A DNA stretch of 64,000 bases. It comes from Chitinophagaceae bacterium. GTDB lineage: Bacteria; Bacteroidota; Bacteroidia; Chitinophagales; Chitinophagaceae. How positions within the stretch are numbered: the stretch's first letter is position 1; the number at the start of each line of letters is the position of its first letter. Location: positions 64,954 to 128,953 of the forward strand of contig JBDSXW010000051.1 in assembly GCA_039925965.1 (NCBI GenBank), read 5' to 3'. The translations under genes were made by a program, and so were the position numbers. Shown in pieces: positions 50,104-59,452 of this stretch. Below the pieces are notes generated by a model. It was given only the letters and a program-made list of their open reading frames with translations, had not been told where the DNA came from and did not search any database.

Positions 50104-50790
50104 ATGATGACGAAACACTTATGGCATGGGCATAATTTTTGGCTTCACCCCAACCGGCTGATGTATTGGGAAGACCAGAATATACTGATTGGCAGCGATC
50201 TGCACCTGGGCAAAACGGGTCATTTCCGGAAGGCTGGCATTGCGATGCCTGCGCAAGTTTATCGTGAAGACTTACAGCGCCTTTTTGATGCCGTTCAGCA
50301 ATTCAAACCCAAAAAATTACTGATCGTAGGCGATCTGTTTCACAGCGAAGCCAATAAGGAACTCGAATGGTTTATCAGGTGGCGGAACGATTTTCCGCAG
50401 GTAGACTTCCACCTGGTAAAGGGAAACCATGATTTATTTAGAAATGATTGGTACGAAAAAAATGGCCTGTCAGTCTGCAGTGATTTTGAACTGGCAGGTT
50501 TGCGATTCTTACACGATCCATCTCCGTCGACGGTCGTAGTTCAACCGGTGACCGAAAGCTTACCGACTATTTCCGGCCACCTGCACCCAGGCGTAAGCAT
50601 TAGTGGTGGCAGCCGGCAAACCCTTCGTTTTCCGTGTTTCTATTTTACTGAAAACCAATGTATCCTCCCTGCATTCAGCATGTTCACGGGTATATTTTCC
50701 ATCAAACCCAACAAGGGCGAACAGGTTTTTGTAATAACCCCTGGCAATGCAAGGAATGGTGGGCAGGCGTCGATTATCCAGGTTCTTTGA
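50104..50790 (+). CDS. pdeM: PdeM-like metallophosphoesterase (ligase-associated DNA damage response family, TIGR04123-like)
   Basis: 228 aa: LMYWEDQNILIGSDLHLGKTGHFRKAGIAMP...LLIVGDLFHS...VKGNHD...GHLHPG. Confidence 0.65.
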   Translation: MMTKHLWHGHNFWLHPNRLMYWEDQNILIGSDLHLGKTGHFRKAGIAMPAQVYREDLQRLFDAVQQFKPKKLLIVGDLFHSEANKELEWFIRWRNDFPQVDFHLVKGNHDLFRNDWYEKNGLSVCSDFELAGLRFLHDPSPSTVVVQPVTESLPTISGHLHPGVSISGGSRQTLRFPCFYFTENQCILPAFSMFTGIFSIKPNKGEQVFVITPGNARNGGQASIIQVL

Positions 50791-50885
50791 TTATTGATTA
50801 TTGGTTATTGATTATTGATTATTGATTATTGATTATTGATTATTGATTATTGGTTATTGATTATTGGTTATTGATTATTGGTTAT
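50788..50885. repeat. Tandem heptamer array TGATTAT/TGGTTAT, 14 copies
   Basis: Counted copy by copy. The first TGA is the stop codon of the PdeM-like gene. Confidence 0.95.
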
Positions 50886-50928
50886 TTGTCTTGACTCGTT
50901 CGAATTTGCCAAACCGTTTTATTAAATC

Positions 50929-50999
50929 CCATTTCCACATTTTCCACATTTCTGACATTTGTCACATTTTCCACTTTTCTTAATTTCCACTTTTCTCAC
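50929..50999. repeat. CCACATTTT/CCACTTTTC word array
   Basis: ccatttccacattttccacatttctgacatttgtcacattttccacttttcttaatttccacttttctcac ends at the GTG start (51000) of the deacetylase gene. Confidence 0.85.
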
Positions 51000-51902
51000 G
51001 TGCCTTTTATCGCTTTCCACCCCATTTACGCGCACCCGCTGCCTGAAGGGCATCGGTTCCCAATGTTGAAATACGAGTTGATACCGGAGCAGCTATTGTA
51101 TGACGGTACTATTGGCACCAGCGATATTTTTAGTCCCGGGCCTTGCCAGGAGGAGGTTATTTTATATACACATGACCGGGATTATTGGGAGGACCTGAAA
51201 CACCTGAAGCTCACACAACAGCAGGTGCGCCGCATCGGCTTTCCACAGAGTGAACAGTTGATACAGCGGGAAATTATTATTGCGCAGGGAACGATCGACT
51301 GTAGCCTGCTGGCATTGAAGCAGGGCATAGCGATGAATGTAGCGGGTGGCACCCATCATGCATTTACCAACCGGGGCGAAGGTTTTTGCCTGCTCAATGA
51401 TATGGCCATTGCAGCCAATTATTTATTGCATCACCAACTGGCCAGGCAAATACTGATCGTGGACCTTGACGTACACCAGGGCAATGGAACGGCCCAAATT
51501 TTTCAGCGGGAAAAGCGGGTGTTTACCTTCAGTATGCATGGCGGCCACAACTATCCATTTATAAAAGAAAAAAGCGACCTGGATGTGCCGCTTCCTGATG
51601 GCATGGGCGACGATGGATACCTGGCATTACTGGAACAGCATCTCAAACAGCTGATCCACAAAGTGCAGCCAGACTTTATTTTCTTTTTAAGTGGTGTGGA
51701 TATTTTAAGCACCGATAAATATGGCAAACTCAACATTAGCATAGCAGGCTGCAGGCAACGGGATCAACTGGTATTTGAGTACTGCAAACAAAACAATATC
51801 CCGGTAACAGTGGCCATGGGCGGAGGATACAGTGCAGATGTCAAAATTATCGTGGAGGCGCATTGTAATACGTTCAGGCTGGCGAAGGATATGTATTTTT
51901 AA
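51000..51902 (+). CDS. Histone deacetylase family protein (class II-like amidohydrolase)
   Basis: 300 aa with HPLPEGHRFPMLKYE, AGGTHHAF, EGFCLLND and DLDVHQGNG motifs. The GTG start is inferred. Confidence 0.85.
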   Translation: MPFIAFHPIYAHPLPEGHRFPMLKYELIPEQLLYDGTIGTSDIFSPGPCQEEVILYTHDRDYWEDLKHLKLTQQQVRRIGFPQSEQLIQREIIIAQGTIDCSLLALKQGIAMNVAGGTHHAFTNRGEGFCLLNDMAIAANYLLHHQLARQILIVDLDVHQGNGTAQIFQREKRVFTFSMHGGHNYPFIKEKSDLDVPLPDGMGDDGYLALLEQHLKQLIHKVQPDFIFFLSGVDILSTDKYGKLNISIAGCRQRDQLVFEYCKQNNIPVTVAMGGGYSADVKIIVEAHCNTFRLAKDMYF

Positions 51903-51965
51903 TGCATGTAAACGCTTTATTGCTTCCAATTTTACGGCTATTACAATCCCTTAGTTTTGCAGCCA

Positions 51966-52631
51966 ATGAACTTCCGCAACATTATAGCCCTTTGCAAAAA
52001 AGATGCAATGATTGAATTTCGCCAGCAGCATGCGGTGTATGGGATCCTGCTGTATGTTGCCGCTACGATTTTTGTATTGTATCTCTCGTTTAGCCCCGGA
52101 ACGCCAGATGCCCGCACATGGAATGCTTTGTTCTGGATCACGCAGTTGTTTGTGGTGACAAACGCTGTAGCCAAAAGTTTTTTAGGCGATAGTAAGGGCC
52201 GCCAGCTGTATTATTATACTATAGCAAACCCGGTAGATTATATTTTTTCCAAATTGATTGGCAACACCCTGCTCATGATTGTCCTTAGCCTGGTAAGTAT
52301 CTTTTTATATTCTTTATTGCTTGGCAGTCCCGTAATAAATGGGCTTATCTTCTTTGGGATCGCCGTGTTGGGCGGGGTCAGTCTATCGCTTGTTTTTACA
52401 TTGCTCAGCGCTATTGCATCCAAAGCGCAGCAGCAAGCCAGCCTGATGGCCATTCTCGGTTTTCCGATCATCATTCCACAACTCGTACTCCTGATTCGCC
52501 TAAGCAAAGCATCCTTTGGAGAAGTATTCCGGCCGGGTGTCGTATTGCAACTTACAGGCCTTTTAACGGGACTGGACCTGATGATTGTTATATTGTCAGC
52601 GATCCTGTTTCCGTACTTGTGGAAGGATTAA
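51966..52631 (+). CDS. CcmB-like heme exporter / ABC-2 type permease
   Basis: A 222 aa six-TM protein. The N-terminal IIALCKKDAMIEFRQQHAVYGILLY resembles Bacteroidota CcmB-like proteins. No ccmA or ccmC is adjacent. Confidence 0.45.
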   Translation: MNFRNIIALCKKDAMIEFRQQHAVYGILLYVAATIFVLYLSFSPGTPDARTWNALFWITQLFVVTNAVAKSFLGDSKGRQLYYYTIANPVDYIFSKLIGNTLLMIVLSLVSIFLYSLLLGSPVINGLIFFGIAVLGGVSLSLVFTLLSAIASKAQQQASLMAILGFPIIIPQLVLLIRLSKASFGEVFRPGVVLQLTGLLTGLDLMIVILSAILFPYLWKD

Positions 52632-52833
52632 TTAAAGGATTGTCTTGACTATGATTAAATGAATATGTGATTATTTGATTAGGTGGGTTCTCGGCCACGG
52701 TTCAGAACATAATTATGAATTTGTGAACCCGCGAACCTTTTGCCGGGTTGCGTGGAAAATCAACTTGTGAACCAGTAAACGCGTGAACTTGTAAACTTGA
52801 CCCTGGCCGGTATTCAGGAAATGTAACCGGCGT

Positions 52834-53541
52834 TTAATGGATAATGTTGTACAACAGCACGGCTATCACACTGCCGAAAACCGGGCCAATAACTGGGATC
52901 CAGGCATAGCTCCAGTCGCTGTCTCTCTTGCCAGGAATAGGCAAAAGCGCATGAATAATTCTGGGGCCAAGATCCCGTGCCGGGTTAATGGCATAGCCGG
53001 TAGGGCCGCCAAGGCTCAGCCCGATTGCGAATACGAGCAGGGCCACAGGCAGCGCATCTACTGAACCAAGAAATTCCGATTTTGTATTCATGTTCAGGGC
53101 ACCAAAAACCAACACAAAACTGCCGATCACCTCTGCAAGCAGGTTGCTTACCGGCCTACGGATAGCGGGCGCCGTGCAAAAGACGGCAAGAATCCCGTCC
53201 GGATCGTTACCCGTCTTAAAATGTGGCCGGTAAGTTAGCCAAACCAAAAATGCGCCCACCATGGCTCCGGTAAGTTGCGCAACGATATACAATGGAACGT
53301 CGGCCCAGGCAAATTTGCCCCCGATGGCCAGCGCAATAGTAATAGCAGGGTTGAGATGTGCGCCGCTGGAGGATGCCGTGATAAACACTGCGACAAATAC
53401 GGCCATCGCCCACCCGAAAGTGATAACGATCCAGCCACTGTTATGGCCTTTTGTTTTGCCAAGTACCACATTGGCTACTACGCCATTGCCCAATAGGATC
53501 AGGATGGCCGTACCGACAAATTCAGAAATAAATGGAGTCAT
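52834..53541 (-). CDS. glpF: Aquaporin / glycerol uptake facilitator (MIP family)
   Basis: 235 aa with two NPA boxes (GAHLNPAITIA and YAINPARDLGPR). Confidence 0.9.
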   Translation of the reverse strand: MTPFISEFVGTAILILLGNGVVANVVLGKTKGHNSGWIVITFGWAMAVFVAVFITASSSGAHLNPAITIALAIGGKFAWADVPLYIVAQLTGAMVGAFLVWLTYRPHFKTGNDPDGILAVFCTAPAIRRPVSNLLAEVIGSFVLVFGALNMNTKSEFLGSVDALPVALLVFAIGLSLGGPTGYAINPARDLGPRIIHALLPIPGKRDSDWSYAWIPVIGPVFGSVIAVLLYNIIH

Positions 53542-53741
53542 GGAAAAAGCAATTGAAGTAGCGAATGGATACCGGGTATTCCGAATTGCCTCCTATCATG
53601 CAGTTTTCCTATCAGGCAAACAATTCGCATGTCAAAATAGCTATTTTCTATTCATAAAGCGGGCTGAACAAAAGAAAATCCGGCTGTCGTAGCAACCATT
53701 TATGAAAAGCTTCGTACTATTACTGTAGAAATATAACTGTC

Positions 53742-54146
53742 GTGAAAAAAATACTTTGTACCCTCTGTGTTATTGCCGGATTTTTCATGAATGGGTATTG
53801 CCAGGATAACCTGCAGCAGTATACCGGCAAATACAATTTTTGTGAAGGCTCCCTTGTGCGTGAGATCACTGTGACTTTTGAAAATAATTTGCTACAGGCC
53901 TGCTCATTCCTGGGCGTAGTAAGCCTGGTAAAATATGGCGAGGATAACTTTACCATGCCTGCACTTAACGGTACGGCCATGTTTAAAAGGGACGGCAACA
54001 AAAAGATCAACAACCTTTCTATAGACTTAATGGGGCTGAAGCTCGAAGGCACCAAAGAAGCCGAAGCTGCATCCGGGCCCGGAACCAGTACCGACAAGCC
54101 GATTATCATCATTTGGGAAAGAAAGTTTCTAACTGCTACTCCCTAG
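53742..54146 (+). CDS. Small secreted hypothetical protein (DUF3471-like?)
   Basis: GTG start and a signal peptide MKKILCTLCVIAGFFMNGYCQ. The YTGKYNF...VTFENNLLQ pattern is present. Confidence 0.4.
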   Translation: MKKILCTLCVIAGFFMNGYCQDNLQQYTGKYNFCEGSLVREITVTFENNLLQACSFLGVVSLVKYGEDNFTMPALNGTAMFKRDGNKKINNLSIDLMGLKLEGTKEAEAASGPGTSTDKPIIIIWERKFLTATP

Positions 54147-54233
54147 CAGTGCTTCCTATAAAAGATTTCTCCAGCCATTAATTACGTCGCCATAACCGGT
54201 AAACACGTATTACAGTGGCACCATTTTTTTGCA

Positions 54234-54587
54234 ATGATCGACACCAATATTGAAGACAAGGTGAAGCTTTTACATAAAAAAGCGGCCCAGTTGCTACAGA
54301 ACAAGGCGAAGGACGATGAAATCATAACAGCATTAATAAAAGAAGGGATCAATCACGACTATGCTACGTTGATTTTGGACAATGTAAAAGATGACGTCCA
54401 CGACAAAAAGGAATTCAGGAAGCATTGGGTAAGCGGCTCTTTTATCACTATCGCAGGTTTATTGGTTAATTATCTCTCCTATGAAATCTCAGAAAAATAT
54501 GGTGCCGGAAGTTTTCTGCTACTGTGGGGCATTGTGTTGTTTGGAATCCTGATTATCGTCCGTGGCTTTATTATTTTTAGGAAATGA
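54234..54587 (+). CDS. Small hypothetical membrane protein
   Basis: 117 aa with a helical N-terminal part and two C-terminal TM helices. Confidence 0.45.
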   Translation: MIDTNIEDKVKLLHKKAAQLLQNKAKDDEIITALIKEGINHDYATLILDNVKDDVHDKKEFRKHWVSGSFITIAGLLVNYLSYEISEKYGAGSFLLLWGIVLFGILIIVRGFIIFRK

Positions 54588-54700
54588 GGCTGCTTTTTCA
54601 AACATTCCAATACCGTTTAAAAGCCATCATTTTGCAGGTCCGGCGAGACATTAGTCGTGCGGCAGTATCATCTCCGAACCGAAAGCTTTTATGATCTCCA

Positions 54701-54940
54701 TTATATAAGTCGGCTGCACCGCCACTTACGCCCCAATATCCAAATGTATTCGTTGGTGTGACCGGCATGGCCGTCTTTCAATAATTCTATGGCGGTAATT
54801 TTTCCATCCTGCTTCGGTTTGTTTGCTATTGCCGCAACTACCTCATCCGTCATGAATGCTTCGAAGCTGCCTGGGTCTTTGCGTTTGGAAAGAAAAATTT
54901 TGTACATGGTCATACTATCCGGCGAGAGCGGTGGCATCAT
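54701..54940 (-). CDS. Small hypothetical protein
   Basis: A 79 aa ORF with no recognisable motif. Confidence 0.3.
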   Translation of the reverse strand: MMPPLSPDSMTMYKIFLSKRKDPGSFEAFMTDEVVAAIANKPKQDGKITAIELLKDGHAGHTNEYIWILGRKWRCSRLI

Positions 54941-54970
54941 TTTGGCAGCGGAGATGGAAACCTAATTTTT

Positions 54971-55282
54971 ATGTCTGAAATAATCAACATAGCATTCCCC
55001 AAGCCACATGAGGAGCAACATTTAACGCCGGCAGAACTGGTAAAACGGCATATTGAGAATAAGGATGATAAAATAACCGACGAAGACATTGAGAACCTCC
55101 GCCTTGATACCGACGGGCTTCATGAATCGCACGCACAGGCAGCATTGGAAGGTAGGATAGCCGAAGAAGCAGCAACATTGCCTGATAGCGAAGAACAGGA
55201 AGAAGCAGCAATAGCTGCGGAATACGCCCCGTTTGAAGATGACACAGAAAGCCATGTGTCTCCCTGGGATCTTCTGAAATAA
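54971..55282 (+). CDS. Small acidic hypothetical protein
   Basis: A 103 aa E/D-rich ORF with no recognisable motif. Confidence 0.35.
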   Translation: MSEIINIAFPKPHEEQHLTPAELVKRHIENKDDKITDEDIENLRLDTDGLHESHAQAALEGRIAEEAATLPDSEEQEEAAIAAEYAPFEDDTESHVSPWDLLK

Positions 55283-55299
55283 TTGCCGCCTCCTGCAAA

Positions 55300-56205
55300 T
55301 CAGTAGTATTTGCTCGTCATTTCTCTACCCTGCCGATCATAATATTTTAAGCTCAGCAGCTTTCCATTGCCCGTGTAAAACGACCAGCTTCCTGACCTGA
55401 AGCCATTCCCATAGGCACCCTTGGCAATAATTTTCCCATCGTCAATCTTTTCGATCCAGACACCTGTTCTAAGACCATTGGCATAATAGCCAGAGTCTTT
55501 CAACTCACCCGTAGGATACAGATTGACGTATAAGCCATCATGGAAACATTGGCTGAATGGCGGCTTATAGCAGGCATTTTTAACGTCGCCGTTCTTTACA
55601 ATTTCACCAGCATCAACAGCAGGCAACTGTGCATTTTTTTTCCCAAATGGGAATACGGTCTTGAAAGAATAGGCCGCGTTGGTGAAGTAGCCATATGTGC
55701 CCGGCTGCTGTTTATCCAGCATGGCTAACCTGTCCAAGGTTGTTTTGGGATTAAAAAGCTTAATATCATTTTTAAGCGTCGCGAGTTTTGATGCGCTATA
55801 CCACCTGATGCTCCGTAGACGGCCGTCTGGGAACCAGCTCTTCCATGCGCCATCGGGCATGTTTTTATCGAAACGGCCGGAATCACGCCGACTTTTGTCG
55901 GCGTACCAGCTTTGCCAGGTACCATGGAGCCTATAACGCTTGTAACCTGCGATAAAAAGAGTATCGTGGTTCGCACCAAGGCCAATGTAAAAACCACTAT
56001 GCTTTTTTGTTTTTATGTTGACAACGCTGCCAGGGCTAATTATTTCAGCGAAAAAAGCAAATGGCAGGGACTCAACTATTTCAGAACTGCTATGTATGGG
56101 ATCGTCGTTCAGGAATGATCCGGCATCCGAAACGGTATAGCGTTGGCTATAGCATGGTACCTGGCAGGACAGAAGTATCACAATGAAAACCCAGCTGTGT
56201 CTCAT
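55300..56205 (-). CDS. MORN-variant repeat (YwqK-like) secreted protein
   Basis: Signal peptide, then repeated G.W..W..DG / G....G.W.FY..NG motifs: HGTWQSWYADK, DGAWKSWFPDGRL, GLRTGVWIEKIDDGK, GFRSGSWSFYTGNGK. Confidence 0.5.
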   Translation of the reverse strand: MRHSWVFIVILLSCQVPCYSQRYTVSDAGSFLNDDPIHSSSEIVESLPFAFFAEIISPGSVVNIKTKKHSGFYIGLGANHDTLFIAGYKRYRLHGTWQSWYADKSRRDSGRFDKNMPDGAWKSWFPDGRLRSIRWYSASKLATLKNDIKLFNPKTTLDRLAMLDKQQPGTYGYFTNAAYSFKTVFPFGKKNAQLPAVDAGEIVKNGDVKNACYKPPFSQCFHDGLYVNLYPTGELKDSGYYANGLRTGVWIEKIDDGKIIAKGAYGNGFRSGSWSFYTGNGKLLSLKYYDRQGREMTSKYY

Positions 56206-56274
56206 TTGGCAAACAATTGTCTTACAAGATAACCATTCATCGCCTTACATGTTAATAAATTCAGCTATCTTTTA

Positions 56275-56874
56275 TCATGGAATAGCGCTATTTGTATTGT
56301 TTGGTTGCCACGCGATCTTGTCAATCTGGTAAGTGAAATTTAATTTAGACGGTTCGCCGTAATACTCCATTTCTATCTCGGCCACTTTCTTTGCCCCCAC
56401 CTTTTCAATGGCATTTTGTGATCGGCGATTTTCGGCGCCAATATGAAATACCACCCGGTCAACAAACCTGAAAGCATGATCGATCATCAGCTTCTTAAGC
56501 GCCTGATTATAGGTGCTACCCCAATGATCCCTGGCCAGAAAAGTATAGCCAATGGCTACGCAGGATGGGTCGTCCTCTTCCGCATCGCAAAACCTGGAGC
56601 TCCCGATGGTCTCATTTGTTTGGGTATCAAAGACAAGGAAAGCGCCACCCGATTCCATAGCTCCTTTAAAAAAGTTTTGAAAAGCTTCCAATTGATACCG
56701 GTTTTTGTTGGGATGCTGCTCCCATATCAGCGGGTCGGAGGCGACAAGGTAAAGGGTGTCAAAGTCTTCGGCTGCCAGCGGGCGGATTTTTACAAATTCA
56801 TTTTGCAGGGTTGGCTGGAGTTGAAAATCTGGGGTGATCATAACGATATTCGGGCGGGGTTTAGCGTAAGCCAT
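56275..56874 (-). CDS. GNAT family N-acetyltransferase
   Basis: 199 aa. IGYTFLARDHWGSTYNQALKKLMIDHAF...VVFHIGAENRRSQNAIEKVGAK is a typical acetyl-CoA binding core. The start may be the internal M at 56841. Confidence 0.75.
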   Translation of the reverse strand: MAYAKPRPNIVMITPDFQLQPTLQNEFVKIRPLAAEDFDTLYLVASDPLIWEQHPNKNRYQLEAFQNFFKGAMESGGAFLVFDTQTNETIGSSRFCDAEEDDPSCVAIGYTFLARDHWGSTYNQALKKLMIDHAFRFVDRVVFHIGAENRRSQNAIEKVGAKKVAEIEMEYYGEPSKLNFTYQIDKIAWQPNNTNSAIP

Positions 56875-57012
56875 TTATTTGATTGATCTTGATCTGAAAG
56901 AACTGATGTTAGGTCCGGCAACATTTGCAACTGCATTTTACAATCGTTAGCTGGAAATTTCAGCTGCCCGATTTTTCGGACAGTTCATTTTCTCACCTTT
57001 TGATATTTTGCG

Positions 57013-59217
57013 TCAGAACACTTTCAATAATGCAGCTAGTTCATCTTTAAATACTTTTAAGGCAAGATTCTCCTGTTTAATAAAGCTATTATCACTCAAC
57101 CTGCCCATTACTTTGTTCATCTCTTCGTTGGTTTCGTACACCATTTTTCTGAAAGGACTGTTGTAGTCTTTTGCACGGCTGTCGTGTATGCCCCGGGTCA
57201 TCCATTCCCGTGTGGGCACAGCTTTTTGCAACAAGGCGGTCCAACCGGCTTTATCCAGCTGCCGCAGTTTCTTGCCGGTTATTTCCTGCAGGCTCGCCAG
57301 CGCGTGCTGTAGTTTTTGCTGGGCGTAGGATGTTGCCTGCTGGTTGTAAAAACCATGTACACCATCCCAGCTATCAATCTTATCGAGCTCTATTTTCTCA
57401 ATAAATTTGGCAACTACATCTGTAGCCATCAACTGGCCACCAATATTGGTCCAGGCAGTACGTTTATACGACCGGGGAAGTTGCGCTATTAATGCCTCGA
57501 ACGTACTGATCCCACAACGCTGCATCCAGTGGATGGCTTCAATAATGCCATAATAAGCGATCACTTCTTTAAACATGAGGTAAGACTGCTGGGGTTTTGT
57601 AATGCAAACCTTGCGTTTGCTGTTTTCAAAGCCTTCCCCCAGCACTTCCAGTTCTGAAATAATTTCTTGCTGACCATCCAGTAATTTCGTTCCGATGGTG
57701 ATGGCTTCTTCATCGGTAAAAGACCCTGTTCTTTCTTTTTTAATATATGCCCTTCCGGTAAATAGTTGCAACAACCGCAGGGTATCAAAAATTTCGTTGA
57801 TGGTATCAGGGGCCAGGTAATCAAATTCGAGGAATTGTGTCTTGTCCGGCCGATGGTCGCGATCTGTATATTTCCAGGCATTGCGGGCCAGGGCGTACAT
57901 ATTATACATAAACCAATAGCCCGGCATCACCGTCAGTTTATCGTTGGCCACATCATTGCTTACCAATGAAAACGGAATTGGGATATTCAGTTCGGCCGGG
58001 TAATCGCCCTTGGTTAATATGGTAAAAGAAGCAAATTTGGAATTGTGCTTAAGACTTACACAGAGGCCCGGCCAAAATCCACGGCCAGCAACGATTTCGC
58101 CATCTGCCGCCCGGCTGTTGTGGTTGCTGCCAATGGTGGCTCCCGCTGCGATATTGCTTTGCCCCATCACCACGGCAGCGCATAAAAACGAGTTATTATG
58201 ATGTTGTTCATGTGCCGGAAAGATTAGGCTGTTCAGCACTTCGCAGCAGGAAATCGTAGCGTTATTTCCGAGGTAAGAATTGATAAGACGGGCACCATAT
58301 TTGAGCTGTGAATTATCGGCCATTACAAAACGTACAGCCTTTACTCCATAGAATATCCGGCAATTAAAACCGATAATCCCGTTCACGATTTCGCATCCTT
58401 CGCCGATCTGGCTCTTCGCATCCGGGCCGCTGTTGATCCATACATTTTTGATCTTGTTGGAGCCTTTCAGGTAGGCATCGCTGCCGATCCATACATCCTT
58501 GATGATCTTGCAGTTTTTGATAACCGTGCGGTCGCCTATCTTACCATAGTAACCCCGCAGCTTATCAAATTTCTTCTCCGTAAAAACCTTGAATTGTTCC
58601 AGCAGTCTGGGGTTGTCGCGGTGCTTGCTCCAAAGCCATGCATCGCCCGGTAGCATCCCATTAAACGGAATCACTTTGCGGCCGGCATTTTCATTGCATA
58701 GTTCCATCCAGATTCGTATGGATTCCGGCTCTCCATCCTTGAGCACCCCGTTACCGAACTTTGCAATCGGTGTTGTAAGCAGTTCATTTACATTAATGAT
58801 CATCGCCTCGGTGCCAATGATATAATGACTCAGGTAGTCTACATTATCGATCACTACATTGTCGCCGAAATCGCAGCTGATAATGGTACTGTTATACAGG
58901 CCCACCGGTGTTCTCAGCCTGCTGAATTCCAGGAAATAAGGTTCTAGTTTTCCAATGCGCACCAGACCGTAAAACTTACAGTTTTTCACCAGCTCCGGAT
59001 TAAACGCATCGCTTACCAATAAGTTATTCCAGTTGTCGCTAGTATTGCGGTTACGAACGAGCACTTCTATTTCGTAGGCGCTTAACTGGCGGTAAGCGAT
59101 CCCATTCCGGTTTTGAAAATTACGCAGGTAATATTCGTCCTCGCCTTCCGGCAAATATTGCGGCTCTATGAAATTATACCCGAGGGTATGTAGTGGTAGT
59201 TTTTTGATATTGTTCAT
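57013..59217 (-). CDS. DUF4954-like protein with central left-handed beta-helix (hexapeptide) region
   Basis: About 734 aa, ATG at 59217. Hexapeptide-like periodicity runs through IGDRTVIKNCKIIKDVWIGSDAYLKGSNKIKNVWINSG...IGEGCEIVNGIIGFNCRIFYGVKA...GATIGSNHNSR. It lies beside glmS, as I recall for DUF4954. Confidence 0.5.
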   Translation of the reverse strand: MNNIKKLPLHTLGYNFIEPQYLPEGEDEYYLRNFQNRNGIAYRQLSAYEIEVLVRNRNTSDNWNNLLVSDAFNPELVKNCKFYGLVRIGKLEPYFLEFSRLRTPVGLYNSTIISCDFGDNVVIDNVDYLSHYIIGTEAMIINVNELLTTPIAKFGNGVLKDGEPESIRIWMELCNENAGRKVIPFNGMLPGDAWLWSKHRDNPRLLEQFKVFTEKKFDKLRGYYGKIGDRTVIKNCKIIKDVWIGSDAYLKGSNKIKNVWINSGPDAKSQIGEGCEIVNGIIGFNCRIFYGVKAVRFVMADNSQLKYGARLINSYLGNNATISCCEVLNSLIFPAHEQHHNNSFLCAAVVMGQSNIAAGATIGSNHNSRAADGEIVAGRGFWPGLCVSLKHNSKFASFTILTKGDYPAELNIPIPFSLVSNDVANDKLTVMPGYWFMYNMYALARNAWKYTDRDHRPDKTQFLEFDYLAPDTINEIFDTLRLLQLFTGRAYIKKERTGSFTDEEAITIGTKLLDGQQEIISELEVLGEGFENSKRKVCITKPQQSYLMFKEVIAYYGIIEAIHWMQRCGISTFEALIAQLPRSYKRTAWTNIGGQLMATDVVAKFIEKIELDKIDSWDGVHGFYNQQATSYAQQKLQHALASLQEITGKKLRQLDKAGWTALLQKAVPTREWMTRGIHDSRAKDYNSPFRKMVYETNEEMNKVMGRLSDNSFIKQENLALKVFKDELAALLKVF

Positions 59218-59240
59218 AGGCAAGGCTGGTAGTTAGGTGA

Positions 59241-59362
59241 GGCTAGTGGGAAGTGGAGAGAAGCTAGTGGGAAGTGGAGAGAGGCTAGGGGGAAGTGGAG
59301 AGAGGCTAGTAGGAAGTGGAGAGAGGCTAGTGGGAAGTGGATAGAGGCTAGGGGGAAGACGC
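59241..59362. repeat. Tandem 21-mer array GGCTAGTGGGAAGTGGAGAGA, 5 full plus partial copies
   Basis: Copies are at 59241, 59262, 59283, 59304 and 59325, with a partial copy at 59346 and a degenerate copy at about 59224. Confidence 0.95.
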
Positions 59363-59452
59363 TATTTAAGCAATAAAGAGAATTTAGGAGAATGGGTATG
59401 AGCCCATCAAATAGCCATTGAGTTGCAGCGAACGAGCAATTTTGGTATAAAA

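Noticed and set aside
59241-59362. CRISPR array
   Set aside because: The 21-mers are directly abutting with no spacers. The unit is too short, and no cas genes are present.
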